Shown: piece after piece, positions 1 to 8,611 of the stretch
Numbering within the stretch: position 1 is the stretch's first letter
Layout: the number at the start of each line of letters is the position of its first letter
Assembly (NCBI GenBank): GCA_048886185.1
Contig: JBHLKY010000013.1
Location: 30,001 to 62,000, forward strand
DNA: 32,000 nucleotides
Source of the DNA: Candidatus Hermodarchaeota archaeon
Lineage (GTDB): Archaea; Asgardarchaeota; Heimdallarchaeia; Hodarchaeales; Hodarchaeaceae
Reading direction: 5' to 3'
Notes under the pieces: model-generated
Told to the model about the DNA's origin: nothing
Database searches by the model: none
The model's input: the letters and a program-made list of their open reading frames with translations, nothing else
Position numbers and translations under genes: made by a program

Positions 1-13
1 TGAAAAAATACGA

Positions 14-445
14 ATGACAGAATATATGATTTCGATTCCATTCTCACTTATTCTTGCTAAAAGAACTACTCAGATGTATCTTAGAGGTGTTTTAGCACGA
101 AATGTGTTTTTACCCAATAAAGAATGTTTTGATCAATTATTGGTTTCCTGTGATGATCCTAATAGTTTTAATAAAGATGATGGGCTTAAAATTCTTTCTG
201 GTGGGTTATCAACACAGATTCAGCTTTATACAAATGAATTACTAACTGAAAAAACGTTGGATAATTATTCCAGCCTAATTGCTGGAATAAAAAACACTCA
301 ACCCAAGTTAAATAAGATTCTTGCTAATCTACAACTCGAATCAATGAGCGAGGGGTTTTTTGCTAAAATACAGCAAATGAAAAGTGAATTTGGAGAAATT
401 GGAAGGACATACTTGCTTGATTGGATGCCTGGTTATGTGAGCTAA
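14..445 (+). CDS. Hypothetical protein, probably the C-terminal part of a gene that starts before the window
   Basis: 143-aa ORF. The same frame is open back to position 2 (GAA AAA ATA CGA ATG). A T-rich tract follows the stop. No family motif recognised. Confidence 0.6.
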   Translation: MTEYMISIPFSLILAKRTTQMYLRGVLARNVFLPNKECFDQLLVSCDDPNSFNKDDGLKILSGGLSTQIQLYTNELLTEKTLDNYSSLIAGIKNTQPKLNKILANLQLESMSEGFFAKIQQMKSEFGEIGRTYLLDWMPGYVS

Positions 446-502
446 ATATTTTAGATTCTCTGTTTGATTTTTATTTCATTTTAGTCCAATTTAACAATAT
501 TT

Positions 503-1663
503 TCAAAGGAATATATTTTTCAAAGCCTCTTGAATTGAAATGACCTCACTAGATGTTACTCCAGGATGGATGGGAACTTCAAAGTGAGATTGTGCGATCT
601 TCTCAGTTATTGGAAGATCGACCTTTGAGTAATCAGGATAATTTACGAATTTGTTCCATCGCCAGTGTTTAATTCCCTCTAAATAAGTTGGTTGTTTATG
701 ACAAGGGACGTAGTAAATCCTCCTAGACCCTATTCCAAGGTGGTTCAATTCTTTTATCACCTTATCGACTGAAAACTTAGAATCCTGAATTACAGGTGCA
801 CAAATATAATGTCCATGAGTGACTCCTCTTGGAATTGTTTGAACCTTAAGCGATTCAATCTCCATGATTGTACTTCTTATTGATTCAGCATTTTTTCGTC
901 TTTGCTCCAACATCTTAGGAAGTTTTCTAAGCTGAATTAAGCCAATAGCTGCAAGTGGATCCGCTAAACGAAAGTTGTATGCAATAATGTGATGATTATA
1001 ACCTCCAGTGATTCCCCTACCATGATTTTTGAGGCTTCTCATTCGTGTTGCCAGTTCATCGTTATCAGTGACAACCATTCCTCCTTCTCCACTAATCATA
1101 TTTTTCGTTGCATAAAAAGAAAAACACCCTACATCTCCAAAAGTACCAGTATGTTTACCATCGATATATGCTCCATGAGATTGGCAGGCATCTTCAATTA
1201 TTGTAAGATTATAGTCTTCTGCTAAGTCAGAGATTGCTTTCATGTCAGCAGGAAGGCCAAAAATATGAACAGGAACGATGCATTTTGTTTTAGGCGTAAT
1301 GAGCTTTCTTATCTCTTCAGGATCAATATTAAAGCTATCTGGATCAACATCAGCAAAGATTGGAATTCCACCCCCAAAGCAAATAGAATTTGCAGAAGCA
1401 ATGAATGTAAAGGCTGAAGTGATAACTTCAGCTCCAGGGGGAATATTTAATCCTTCCATTGCTAAGTGTAAAGCAGCTGTTCCATTAACCGTGCAAATTG
1501 CATGTTTGGCTCCAACAAATTCTGCAAACTCTTTTTCAAGGCTTCTGGCATTTTTTCCTTCTACAAATCCTCTAGACTGTATTGTTTTTGTAACTAAAGA
1601 GATCTCCTCTTCTGAGATTTGAGGTTGAGCGATATACTTCATGGACTGTTCTTCTCCTAACAT
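503..1663 (-). CDS. DegT/DnrJ/EryC1/StrS family PLP-dependent (nucleotide-sugar) aminotransferase
   Basis: Motifs NGTAALHLA, PIFADVDPDSFNID, IVPVHIFGLPADM, IIEDACQSHGA and FSFYATKNMISGEGGMVVT (PLP lysine). Alternative start ATG at 1642 (MKYIAQP) preceded by AGGAG. Confidence 0.95.
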   Translation of the reverse strand: MLGEEQSMKYIAQPQISEEEISLVTKTIQSRGFVEGKNARSLEKEFAEFVGAKHAICTVNGTAALHLAMEGLNIPPGAEVITSAFTFIASANSICFGGGIPIFADVDPDSFNIDPEEIRKLITPKTKCIVPVHIFGLPADMKAISDLAEDYNLTIIEDACQSHGAYIDGKHTGTFGDVGCFSFYATKNMISGEGGMVVTDNDELATRMRSLKNHGRGITGGYNHHIIAYNFRLADPLAAIGLIQLRKLPKMLEQRRKNAESIRSTIMEIESLKVQTIPRGVTHGHYICAPVIQDSKFSVDKVIKELNHLGIGSRRIYYVPCHKQPTYLEGIKHWRWNKFVNYPDYSKVDLPITEKIAQSHFEVPIHPGVTSSEVISIQEALKNIFL

Positions 1664-1752
1664 AGGACTCTATAGAATCCAGCATTGAAAGACTCTTTAT
1701 CTATTTTTAAGATAGATCAAATGAGTATAAAAATCACAAAAGTACAGAGATT

Positions 1753-2487
1753 ATGGGTATTTTTATAAGAAAGCAGGGTTTAATAGTGATTGGAGAAGAT
1801 CAAATCGTTCTTAATTATCATAAAATACTTTCTCTATTACAAAACTATACATATGGCGTTGAATGTCCCAAGTTGGTCATGGTTACAAAGGATCAGCCTG
1901 TGGATCTGGTTTCGAGAATTTTAAACAAAATAAAATATCCAATTCTCGGGGAAAATCGAGTACAGGAAGCCCTTGAGAAAATAGAAGTGTGTGGGAGTAA
2001 TAAAGCTGAATGGCACTTCATTGGACATCTCCAAAGAAATAAAGTTAAAAAAATTCTCAGAAAATTCTCCTTAATTCAATCAGTAGATAGATTGTCTCTA
2101 GCTAGAGAGATCGAAAAACGAGCATCTCAAGAAAATATAATTGTTAAATGCCTCCTTCAGATTGATATTTGTCAAGATGGCTCTAAATTCGGCTTTTCTC
2201 CAAGTTTGGATATTCTTACAGACGTATTACTTGAAATAAGCTCATACAGGCACTTAAGAATCCAAGGATTAATGACAATCGCCCCATATGTTTCTTCAGA
2301 AGATACTCGTATTTATTTTAGACGCATGCGTACACTATATGAAAAATTAATGAAATATAATGATCTTCCTCTGAATGTAGAGATGAAAATATTATCAATG
2401 GGTATGAGTAATGATTATGTTGAAGCCCTTGAAGAGGGATCTACAATGATTCGTGTTGGAAGAAGCATTTTTAGTGAATATGATTAG
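1753..2487 (+). CDS. yggS: Pyridoxal phosphate homeostasis protein (YggS/PLPBP family)
   Basis: Motifs LVMVTK (PLP lysine), WHFIGHLQRNKVK, GLMTIAP and LSMGMSNDYVEALEEGSTMIRVGRSIF. The true start may be GTG at 1786. Confidence 0.93.
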   Translation: MGIFIRKQGLIVIGEDQIVLNYHKILSLLQNYTYGVECPKLVMVTKDQPVDLVSRILNKIKYPILGENRVQEALEKIEVCGSNKAEWHFIGHLQRNKVKKILRKFSLIQSVDRLSLAREIEKRASQENIIVKCLLQIDICQDGSKFGFSPSLDILTDVLLEISSYRHLRIQGLMTIAPYVSSEDTRIYFRRMRTLYEKLMKYNDLPLNVEMKILSMGMSNDYVEALEEGSTMIRVGRSIFSEYD

Positions 2488-2546
2488 CATTCAACTAATT
2501 AAATAAGGTTATTGGAATAATAAAATTACTAGGAGTGTTATTTTTA

Positions 2547-5500
2547 ATGTCAAATCCTGAAAGTGAATATTCATTATCTAAAAATGAGAATAAACTATTT
2601 ACATCATTAGTAATGTTTGGTGGCCAGACAAAACAGGAATTATTACTCACAGCAGATTTACATGGTGAGAAAGCTGAACAGGCAATTTCAATGTTGCTTA
2701 GCAAAGGATTTATTCAGCTAGATGAGGAAACGGGAATCTTTACACAGTCCCTTCCTCTCCCAAATATTATAGCTTTATTAAAAGAGAGTTCAACAAAAAT
2801 TGAAAATATTAAAAAGGATCAATCAGAGTTATTTCAAGAATATCGAAAATCAACTGGTGAGAACTTAGAAAATCTTCGTGAATCCCTTGAAACGCAATTC
2901 GAGGAATTTAAGGTTTCTAGCAATACGTTACAAACATCCTTGAAAGAAAAATTTGATGAAACGGAACACCAGCGAGCAAAACAGACCGAAGAGCTTGCAG
3001 AAGCACTCATATCATCGTTTTCTACGAGTTCATCCAATCTCCAAACTGAAGTTCATACCACCTTATCTTCTGAGTCCTCATCTTTTGAAAAAGAGTGGAT
3101 TAAGGCTCTTGATGGTTTTCAAAGCATACCTGAAACAGGAACACGAACCTTAAAGGCATCCATTGTAAAATATGAAAGAGAAATATCTGAAATCATCAAA
3201 TCCGCTGTTAAGCAAATATCTTCTATTCAATCTCAACTTTCAGATGTTATAACCGCCATTGAAGTGGAGTCTACAAGTCAAGTTCAGGAATTTTTTATTA
3301 ATACAGAAACTTTTGCGGAGGATTTCAAAACAAACCTTAATACAGGCTTACATGAAACTTGGAAACAAGAAAAAGAATTTTTAAATGAAATTCGTAAGAT
3401 GGTACAAGTTACTTTGGGAAAGGAGATAATTAAAGCCCTAGAGGCGGTAGTAAATAATTTAGCGAAGGAGATAGATGAAGAAATCAATGAGGCTATTATA
3501 GAGGTTAAAAAACAAACCGATACTGCTATAACAACCAGTTCAAACCAAATAAAATCTGAGTTCAATGAGTTTGTGGAAAATTCATCCGAATTAATTCAGG
3601 AACAAAGAACTTCTTTAGACGTTTTAAATACAGAGCTCACGAAATTAACTTCTGAAAAAAAATTAGCAACAATTTCTGATACCTTCAAGCGACAATTACA
3701 AGCATATCTATCTACTGATTTAAATACATTAGAAACAAATTATCGTCGTGTACAAAAAGCAACAACTGATATTATGGAAGAAATTCGGCGTGATGCGAAA
3801 AATGGGTTACTGAAACAAATAAAAAATTTTGAAGAACTTATTAACTCATTTAATATGGTAATTGAGAAATCAATTGCACGAAAAGACATGGATGTAATAC
3901 AATTTCAACAATTATCACAATCAATTGTGCAGTTACTTGGAAATTTATTAATTTCAATTCCTATGAAATCAAATAACTTTAAAGCTACATTAAGAAACTC
4001 TATATACAAATCTATTGAAGAACTCAAAAATGCAAAGGATAAATCATCTTTAGACCCTGTTAAAGATATTTATGACTCTTTAACAAGCACTCAGAAACGA
4101 ATTGAAACATCATTCCAAGAAGCTCTGGAAGAAAGTCAGAATGAAATTCAAAAGGTAATTAGCTCTACAACCCAACTAGGCAATACAGTTTCAAGCCTTC
4201 AAGAATCTTATTTAGAAAAAATTGAGCATCGATTTGAACAAAGAGCCAAAGTTATGAACACAGAGCTAGAAGCTATCGCTCGTAATTTCCAACAAGTCAT
4301 AAAGACAATAGAAGGTGGATTTAATGATATATCACAACAATTATCTTCTGAAAATATTGTCTCAAATCTTGAATCATCACTTCAAACTTCAGTTTCTCAA
4401 CTAAAAAATGATGTTGATCTTACTTTCAGCCAAAATCAAAAGGACTCAAGTGATTACATAACACAATTAGATTCAACTTTTCAAACACATCTAGATCGAA
4501 CTCTTGATGTCATTAAAGAGGGTTTCAGTCAGATAAAGGAGGAGTTCAGTCTAGAATTAGAGAAGCAACTGAAACAAATAGAAACAAATAATGAAAATCA
4601 GCAAAATAACCTGATTTCTGCAATTGATATATTTTCTGGTCAAAACGTGGAACAATTTACTAAGTTTTCGGCTAATATTGCTAAAACACTCGAAGACAGT
4701 CATAAAATTGTAACTGATTTCATCGCTGAAAGTCATCGGACGACATCTGAAGTTGTTGAATTACAAAAGGCGAATATTGATAAGTATCAAGAGAAAGGAA
4801 TTAATGATATTTTATCTTTCGTTAATCAAATAGAATCCGAAGTTTCCTCTCAGAATAAGAAAGTTAAAGATGCCATGGAGGAACTTGAAGGTTATTATAG
4901 TGGTTATTCGGACTCTACTTATGGGGAAGTTTCTAATTTATTACGTCAAGTTCAGGAAAGTGGAGACAGGTTATCATCATTAGTGACTGATTCCTTACAG
5001 AGTGCGACGGAAGATCTAGAGAAGTTAACAGAAGACATCGATCTATATTATACAGACTCCCTAGCTGACTTAGAAAATCAGATAGGCGTTACCTCGGGTT
5101 TTGTTACGTCCGAGATCGAAAATTCTGTTAAAACTATTCAGGAAGAAGTGGAGACTCTGAAAACTGATCTTATTGATGCTTTAGAGGAGTTAGGTAATGG
5201 AATAAAAGATTTTATTGCACGTCAAGATCAGGAATTCCAAATAAAAACTCCAGAACAAGCTCAAGAGTTTTCGCAACTTTTTGATGATTTAATTCAGGAA
5301 CGATCACGTATAAATAATGAATTGGAGGATAATACGGAGGGGATGTTAACAAAACTCGTGGAGGACTGGAATAAACAGATGGAAAAGAGTAAGGAAATGT
5401 TACAGGATGTCTTAAACTCTATGGATAAAGCTATTGAATCAAATCTCGAGAATCTGGAGGTCATCGTTAAGACTAATGTTGAACAGGCTATTCAATCTTT

Positions 5501-6725
5501 CAATAGTATTCTTGACCTTGGATCTTCAAAAGAAGACATCCTAGGGTTAGGTGAAATCCAGACGAAAGTTAAACTTGCAAATAAGCGATTAAAATCAGCA
5601 ATATCCGATAGTTTAAATTCACATATCGAGCAGCTTGACCAACAATTGATACCAGAACTAGTTACATCATATGAAGCTGCCCACACCCAAACTGAAGAAG
5701 ATCTTTCCTCTTATCTAGAAGATTTAGGAGATTTAATTTCTAGCTCACAAACAACATTCACAAATCAGTTGCATAAATATTTGAAAGAAGAACGTCAGAC
5801 TCTTAATTTTTCTGAAATGAAAAATGAATTAAATGAGATTTTGCAAGGTTTTTCACAATCTACGACCGAAGATATTGAATCAATATCATTAAACTTAACT
5901 GATAGCATTCAGATGACTATTAAAGAAGTTGAAAAGTCACGAACACAAATAATTGATATGTTTTCTAATTTATCAACGATAATAGATGAACAGACAGCAA
6001 AATCTATCAATCAATTGAATAAATTCAAAGAAGAACTGTCACAAACTTTTGATACAACAAGCAAGGAGTTTAAAAAAGATCTTTTAGTGAATCTTGACTC
6101 GTATAACAATGACCTCAATAAAACTTCACTTGAACTCACAGGAAAAGCCAATCAAATTACTCAAGCAATTACAGAAGAAGCTGATAACCAAATCTCACAA
6201 GTACTAGATATCTCTCGTGAACTGCATGATAATTTAGCAAATTCAAATAGTCAACATATTGAGACCTTAGAAGCTTTTACTACAGAGCTTTCCAATGTTA
6301 AGCCCGTAGGGTCTATACGTTTAGTCAAACTAACTACTGATGAGGCAAAAAATGAATTTATTATGAATATGATAAGCGCGGCATCCAAACAAGTGACGAT
6401 TATGACATCGAATCCAACTTTCTTATCAGTGGCTGATCTAAAGACCATTCCTTCAGAAAAACGCATTTTCATAATTACAAACTTTGATTTTTCCAAAAAA
6501 GGTAAAAAATGGGTTGCAGAAGTTGGTAAACCAGTAAATATTAACTTTTATAAACTAAAAGCGAATAATATAACTGGAAATCTAGTAATTGGAGACAATA
6601 AATCTGTTCTAGTCCTTCCAAATTCATTAGGTATTACTAGCACAGATGAGAAACTCGTTTCATATTTCTCGGGCACCGCAGGCTTATTAAAAGGTGCTTC
6701 TCTTCAGTTAGAACCCAAAAAATAG
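2547..6725 (+). CDS. Giant TrmB-like protein: N-terminal winged HTH, about 1,170-aa helical/coiled-coil rod, C-terminal TrmB/PLD-like domain
   Basis: N-terminus LSKNENKLFTSLVMFGGQTKQEL...AISMLLSKGFIQ...LP fits the TrmB wHTH pattern. C-terminus EFIMNMISAASKQVTIMT...RIFIIT...LVIGDNKSVLV...GITSTDEKLVSYF fits the TrmB effector domain. The middle is rich in E/S/L/Q/K/T with almost no Pro or Gly. AGGAG at 2531-2535 favours ATG 2547 over GTG 2535. Confidence 0.8.
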   Translation: MSNPESEYSLSKNENKLFTSLVMFGGQTKQELLLTADLHGEKAEQAISMLLSKGFIQLDEETGIFTQSLPLPNIIALLKESSTKIENIKKDQSELFQEYRKSTGENLENLRESLETQFEEFKVSSNTLQTSLKEKFDETEHQRAKQTEELAEALISSFSTSSSNLQTEVHTTLSSESSSFEKEWIKALDGFQSIPETGTRTLKASIVKYEREISEIIKSAVKQISSIQSQLSDVITAIEVESTSQVQEFFINTETFAEDFKTNLNTGLHETWKQEKEFLNEIRKMVQVTLGKEIIKALEAVVNNLAKEIDEEINEAIIEVKKQTDTAITTSSNQIKSEFNEFVENSSELIQEQRTSLDVLNTELTKLTSEKKLATISDTFKRQLQAYLSTDLNTLETNYRRVQKATTDIMEEIRRDAKNGLLKQIKNFEELINSFNMVIEKSIARKDMDVIQFQQLSQSIVQLLGNLLISIPMKSNNFKATLRNSIYKSIEELKNAKDKSSLDPVKDIYDSLTSTQKRIETSFQEALEESQNEIQKVISSTTQLGNTVSSLQESYLEKIEHRFEQRAKVMNTELEAIARNFQQVIKTIEGGFNDISQQLSSENIVSNLESSLQTSVSQLKNDVDLTFSQNQKDSSDYITQLDSTFQTHLDRTLDVIKEGFSQIKEEFSLELEKQLKQIETNNENQQNNLISAIDIFSGQNVEQFTKFSANIAKTLEDSHKIVTDFIAESHRTTSEVVELQKANIDKYQEKGINDILSFVNQIESEVSSQNKKVKDAMEELEGYYSGYSDSTYGEVSNLLRQVQESGDRLSSLVTDSLQSATEDLEKLTEDIDLYYTDSLADLENQIGVTSGFVTSEIENSVKTIQEEVETLKTDLIDALEELGNGIKDFIARQDQEFQIKTPEQAQEFSQLFDDLIQERSRINNELEDNTEGMLTKLVEDWNKQMEKSKEMLQDVLNSMDKAIESNLENLEVIVKTNVEQAIQSFNSILDLGSSKEDILGLGEIQTKVKLANKRLKSAISDSLNSHIEQLDQQLIPELVTSYEAAHTQTEEDLSSYLEDLGDLISSSQTTFTNQLHKYLKEERQTLNFSEMKNELNEILQGFSQSTTEDIESISLNLTDSIQMTIKEVEKSRTQIIDMFSNLSTIIDEQTAKSINQLNKFKEELSQTFDTTSKEFKKDLLVNLDSYNNDLNKTSLELTGKANQITQAITEEADNQISQVLDISRELHDNLANSNSQHIETLEAFTTELSNVKPVGSIRLVKLTTDEAKNEFIMNMISAASKQVTIMTSNPTFLSVADLKTIPSEKRIFIITNFDFSKKGKKWVAEVGKPVNINFYKLKANNITGNLVIGDNKSVLVLPNSLGITSTDEKLVSYFSGTAGLLKGASLQLEPKK

Positions 6726-6748
6726 AATTCTTGAGAAAATGATTCCAA

Positions 6749-8599
6749 TTAAATAGTTACTAATCCTAGTAATCCTGATCTCTCTAAAGTTTGTTTGTTG
6801 ACCATCCCTTTTAGAGTCAATCCCTTTCGTGAATAATACTTTGTAACCAATTCTTCGTGATTTTTAAAAAAATCCTGTCTTTTTTTAAGGAATATCGCAT
6901 AACAATCTTCATCTCGTGTCATACCCATCCGTGTATTGAAGATTCGTTCTAAAAGAGTTATGCGATTTCCAATTTCTAATAATTTCTTGAAATTCAGGTT
7001 TTCATCAAATACAGCTTTGAGAAGGGATAATAAGGGATTTAATTCTAATCCCCGGCCACTAATTAATAGGTCTGGTAAAAGGTGTACAAGATGATTCTGA
7101 AAATTTTGGTGTAACCAATTGAATCTCTTACGAAATTTTAGAAAAAAAGGAATGTATCTAGAACAGAGCACTAGAGAATCAAGGACTGCGATTAGATTTT
7201 CAAACAATATGATTGCTTCGACTTTTCCTCTCTTGGAAATTGGATTGAGTTTGAAAGGGAGACCTAGAAGCTCGGGGAAGATCATATAATTTGTACGAAA
7301 ACTATTAGCTGCATAAGGGGAAATACCTATAGCTAAACTTTGACCTACAATATTAGGATAGTAATACATCCCTCCCATCTGGTTTTTAATCATGGGAGAT
7401 GGTTCACTAGTTTGTTGATAGAGATATATTTCTCCTCGGGATAACTGATCTCCTAATTCTTCCCTTTGAATGATTTTTTTAATCAACGAATAGATTTTTG
7501 GATTATTCCATTCAAATCCAAGATTAATGTCTAATAGTTTTCTCCTGTCTTCTTGGATGTTGAACAGTGATGCAAGTGCAGCTCCAGTGGAAAGGGGATC
7601 TAAGGCGTCCTTATCACAGGCTTCAATAGCTTTTTGTATTTTCTCTATCTCCACAATCTTCAAATTTGGCCCTAATGACACAAAACTCTGGTATGAATTA
7701 CGTTGACATTGAACAGGGCACTGCCAACACTTAAGCGAATCTTCATAACCATTAAAGGAAGAGATTTTCTCTGGAGATAATTGTAATAAGCGAGAACAAT
7801 TTTTAGCTGGAAGAACAGAATTTTTAATCACTGAAAAAATTGTTGAAAAGGTACCACGGTTATGTAACATTTTAAACCAAGAAGTTTCTTCAAGAGAGTG
7901 CTTAAAGTGCTCAATAAAATCTTGGGAAAGGCCATTCAAATCTTTAATTTTGGGAGGATCTGTAATAACTATGGCTTTGATGTTTTTTGATGCTAGAACT
8001 GCTCCTAATCCTCCACGACGAAAAAAATGTACTTGATCAATCGCTACGCCTGCAAAAGAAACTTGATTTACCGCTGATAATCCTGTTGTAGCAATAGAAG
8101 CATTAACACCATGTTTCGTTCGTAATAATTCGTCAGTTTCAGAAACTGATTTCTTCCAAAATGGATCAGCATCCTCGAGGGTTATATCAGAAAATTCATC
8201 TATCAGGATATACTTGGGAGTTTTGGCACATCCTGATATTTGAAAAAAGTTCATTCCAACATGAGCTAAACTTGCACCGAATCGTCCTGTTGCTACTGAA
8301 GTAAATAAGGTATTAGTCTGAGGAGATTTAAATGTGGCAACAATCATACCAGATGAGGGAAATAATGTTCCAGTAAGAATTCCAGTTCCAAAAATTACCA
8401 CATTATCAGCTCCACGTGGACTAGCATCTGTAGGAATTGATTGATAACTGAGATAAACCGTGATTCCCCTTCCCCCTAGAAAGTTTTCCACTACTCTTGA
8501 CTCGATTGGTATTTTAGGTGAAACTTCTTCTTCAGTTAGATCAAGTGTAACAATTTGTGGGTTCCATGTTTTTAACATTTTTTGGCTGCTCCTTGCCAT
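6749..8599 (-). CDS. Aldehyde:ferredoxin oxidoreductase (AOR) family protein, divergent
   Basis: Motifs FLGGRG, DNVVIFGTGILTG, KSPQT, RRGGLGAVLASKNIKAIV, CWQCPVQC (CxxCxxxC), CDKDALDPLSTG, DSLVLC and ERIFNTRMG. The EYE and GACH motifs are not recognisable. Confidence 0.88.
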   Translation of the reverse strand: MARSSQKMLKTWNPQIVTLDLTEEEVSPKIPIESRVVENFLGGRGITVYLSYQSIPTDASPRGADNVVIFGTGILTGTLFPSSGMIVATFKSPQTNTLFTSVATGRFGASLAHVGMNFFQISGCAKTPKYILIDEFSDITLEDADPFWKKSVSETDELLRTKHGVNASIATTGLSAVNQVSFAGVAIDQVHFFRRGGLGAVLASKNIKAIVITDPPKIKDLNGLSQDFIEHFKHSLEETSWFKMLHNRGTFSTIFSVIKNSVLPAKNCSRLLQLSPEKISSFNGYEDSLKCWQCPVQCQRNSYQSFVSLGPNLKIVEIEKIQKAIEACDKDALDPLSTGAALASLFNIQEDRRKLLDINLGFEWNNPKIYSLIKKIIQREELGDQLSRGEIYLYQQTSEPSPMIKNQMGGMYYYPNIVGQSLAIGISPYAANSFRTNYMIFPELLGLPFKLNPISKRGKVEAIILFENLIAVLDSLVLCSRYIPFFLKFRKRFNWLHQNFQNHLVHLLPDLLISGRGLELNPLLSLLKAVFDENLNFKKLLEIGNRITLLERIFNTRMGMTRDEDCYAIFLKKRQDFFKNHEELVTKYYSRKGLTLKGMVNKQTLERSGLLGLVTI

Positions 8600-8611
8600 T
8601 TTATTTCGAAA

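Noticed and set aside
989-1622. Plus-strand ORFs of 78 and 114 aa
   Set aside because: They are antisense shadows of the well-supported DegT gene.
2495-6496. Short minus-strand and alternate-frame ORFs (2495-2704, 2834-3037, 2953-3153, 3284-3565, 5492-5686, 6251-6496)
   Set aside because: They lie within or opposite the giant coiled-coil gene and have no motifs.
2547-6725. Calling the giant protein SMC or a methyl-accepting chemotaxis protein
   Set aside because: It has no Walker A/B, ABC signature or hinge, and no MCP hairpin motif or TM segments.
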